Source of the DNA: Mytilus trossulus
Lineage: Eukaryota
Length of the DNA: 64,000 nt
Assembly: GCF_036588685.1 (NCBI RefSeq)
Contig: NC_086382.1
Coordinates: 47,554,001-47,618,000 of the forward strand
Direction: 5' to 3'
Below, in pieces: positions 61,809-64,000 of the stretch. A program made the translations under genes and the position numbers. Each line of letters opens with the position of its first letter. Within the stretch, counting starts at the first letter, position 1. Below the pieces are notes generated by a model. It was not told where the DNA came from, searched no databases, and worked only from the letters and a program-made list of their open reading frames with translations.

Positions 61809-63542
61809 CCGGTCGGTCATTTAAAGACGAATCAACCGTATCATATACGTTAACGTATCCGCATCTGCTGATATACCAAAAAACAGTATGTGATTCCGAG
61901 CTTTAATTTATGTACTTTCCATATTGAAAATGGGCGACTGATTAAATTTTAATGCAGACATTTACAAAACAATTGGGAAATAACAAGTTTTTGTGGAACA
62001 TGTAACCCGACTTTCCGGATATTTGGAACCTTTTACAGGCATGATAGGAGTGAATAAGGTAAAATCGTTTGTTAGTGTATGAACTTGTGCTCACGTAGAA
62101 CCAAATTGTTATTTGACAAATAGAGTGATACTCAGTACTTTTCTATTACCTTTTATGATAACATCGCAGATGAACAATATTCAAAGTTCCTTACATGTAT
62201 ATAAGTAGTACCTTTTTTTGTGATTATTCATGTAAGATCTTGAAATAGTTTTGAACTAGATTATTAAATGATTGTGTACGATATTCGCGTACCTGCCCTA
62301 CATTGCCTGACTCCTTTTTTAGGGCATGTGAGAGTAGTTGATAGAAACCCTTATTTCTTTTTACATAACACCACTATGACAAATATTGAAGGTGTATGTA
62401 TGATTGTTTCGAAGAGATTCCAATAAGGTTCTTCTTCTTCCTGGTAAGGAACCGGATTCATTGCTGAATTTTAATGGTTCCGCGTACCAGTTTTGTTCTT
62501 TTAATAAAGCATGATTTTATTAATGTGTACACAATTTTGCGGTATAAATGTATTGTATTTATTTTAAATATCATTTTCTTCTTTATTTTCTTCCCTTTAT
62601 TCAATAAAACATATTTTGAACTTATATGTATATTATTATTATTTTACATTTTAGTTTAAGCATAATGTGTGTGCAAATCTAATGAACCATACTATTTATG
62701 TATGTTCTTGATGAAATAATTGAATCACTATACGGCAACGAGAAAATTGCATTTAGGACTACGATAGGACATCTTTGTTATTCTTAAGATAGCTTCAATG
62801 TACAGTCTGAGACATACCTTAATACAGTCCTTAGACAGTCCTATAGTTTGTCCTAAGACGGATCGTAGGACAAATCTTAGGAGACTTTACATGACACGGC
62901 CCCAGATGCAACCAATTTTGTCGTAAAAACTCTCTTGATGGCATACAGACATTTTGATTTATATCAAAACTACATAGAGAAATCTGAGAATAGTAATGAG
63001 ATATATATGGATGCTTGTATACATAAATTATATATAAACAACTACACTGCAAGTTGATTGAAATGTATTTTGTAGATCTTTGGATTGATTGATTGACTGT
63101 TTTTTAGAATAAAGTAAATTGATTATTTATAAATAAAAATCAACAATAAGATGACTTTTAAAAAATATAAATCGATTTAAATATGATAACATTTTTGAAT
63201 TTTATGTGTAGATCTTTGCTTTTTTTCCAAAGTCTACAATAAAAAATATTCAATGGCCTAATTTATTTCTATTTTCTATTTTAACTCTTAAGAATAGTTT
63301 TCTAATGCCGCCAAATTTTATTTAAAACTTTGTAGTCTCTTACTTTTTATATATTGGAGATGTGTACAGTTCTTGATATTTAACCGCATTGTTTTTCGTT
63401 AATCAATTGAAAATTGTTTAAACAGCTATGCCAAATATATAAATATATAATCATTGGTGTTCAATAAAGTAGTCCAATGTCATTGTAAATAGTTGGTGAT
63501 GTGTTTGAGGTAGAATGGTTATGATTTACAGGTTGCACAAAC

Positions 63543-63878
63543 ATGGATATGATTCCATACATGTACTTACGTGTGACGATCCTGTCATCGTTATTCCTTC
63601 TAACTAAACTATCTTCCCAACACCAGACACCTGGACTGTTCCGTATTCAACCAGATAAAAGTAATACAAGACTTGATGGATTCGTATATCGTACTTTTGA
63701 GAAAATGTCGCCAAGGTTATGTTTTGATAAATGTATACGGAGACCAAAATGCTATTCATTCAACTACAACCGCTATATTTTGAGATGTGAACTAAATGTC
63801 AAACCACAGGCTGATGCTACTCTGGATTTTTACACTGAGAATGGATACATCTATGTAGAAATAGAGCCTTACAGAAGA
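63543..63878 (+). CDS. First coding exon of a secreted PAN/Apple-domain protein (gene continues beyond the window)
   Basis: Signal peptide MYLRVTILSSLFLLTKLSS, then RLDGFVYRTFEKMSPRLCFDKCIRRPKCYSFNYNRYILRCELN (PAN C-x3-C-x5-C-SFNY..C-L pattern). Acceptor TTACAG ends at 63531; donor GTAAGT at 63879, phase 0. Confidence 0.85.
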
Positions 63879-64000
63879 GTAAGTCATGTTTTGAAATACA
63901 CAAAAAAAAAATTGTTAAAAGTCGTACTTATTAAAAGATGAATGAAAATAAGGAACGTTTTATAACCATTTTTTTTTTTGTCAAATCTTTAGAAAACCCA

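Overview
AT-rich, intron- and repeat-rich eukaryotic DNA. The repeat families and gene content suggest a bivalve mollusc, probably Mytilus-like (inference). Exons were assembled by hand using GT-AG boundaries and codon phase. Genes, left to right: (1) last three exons of an SLC22 organic cation/anion transporter (+); (2) a complete 9-exon sialate O-acetylesterase, SIAE (-), convergent with the SLC22; (3-4) two tandem secreted single-domain C-type lectin paralogues (-) with non-canonical sugar-binding motifs and a shared conserved upstream block; (5) a small secreted 12-Cys VWC/pacifastin-like protein (+) that the ORF track misses; (6) a two-exon class A GPCR (-); (7) the first coding exon of a secreted PAN/Apple-domain protein (+). 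Introns and spacers hold nested mobile elements: a 4.5-kb TAG..CTA transposon with a 9-bp TSD, CR1/L2-type LINE fragments, a Penelope-like fragment, Helitron/Helentron-type elements, MITEs, a THAP relic, hammerhead-ribozyme (retrozyme) copies and minisatellites. Most notable observations: a lectin + sialate esterase block whose exon phases allow an in-frame fusion; a minisatellite made of ~21 tandem 3' splice sites that would give lectin B a hydrophobic tail; an intact sense-strand hammerhead core in a lectin intron; and an acidic exon fragment enclosed in a Helentron-type element.
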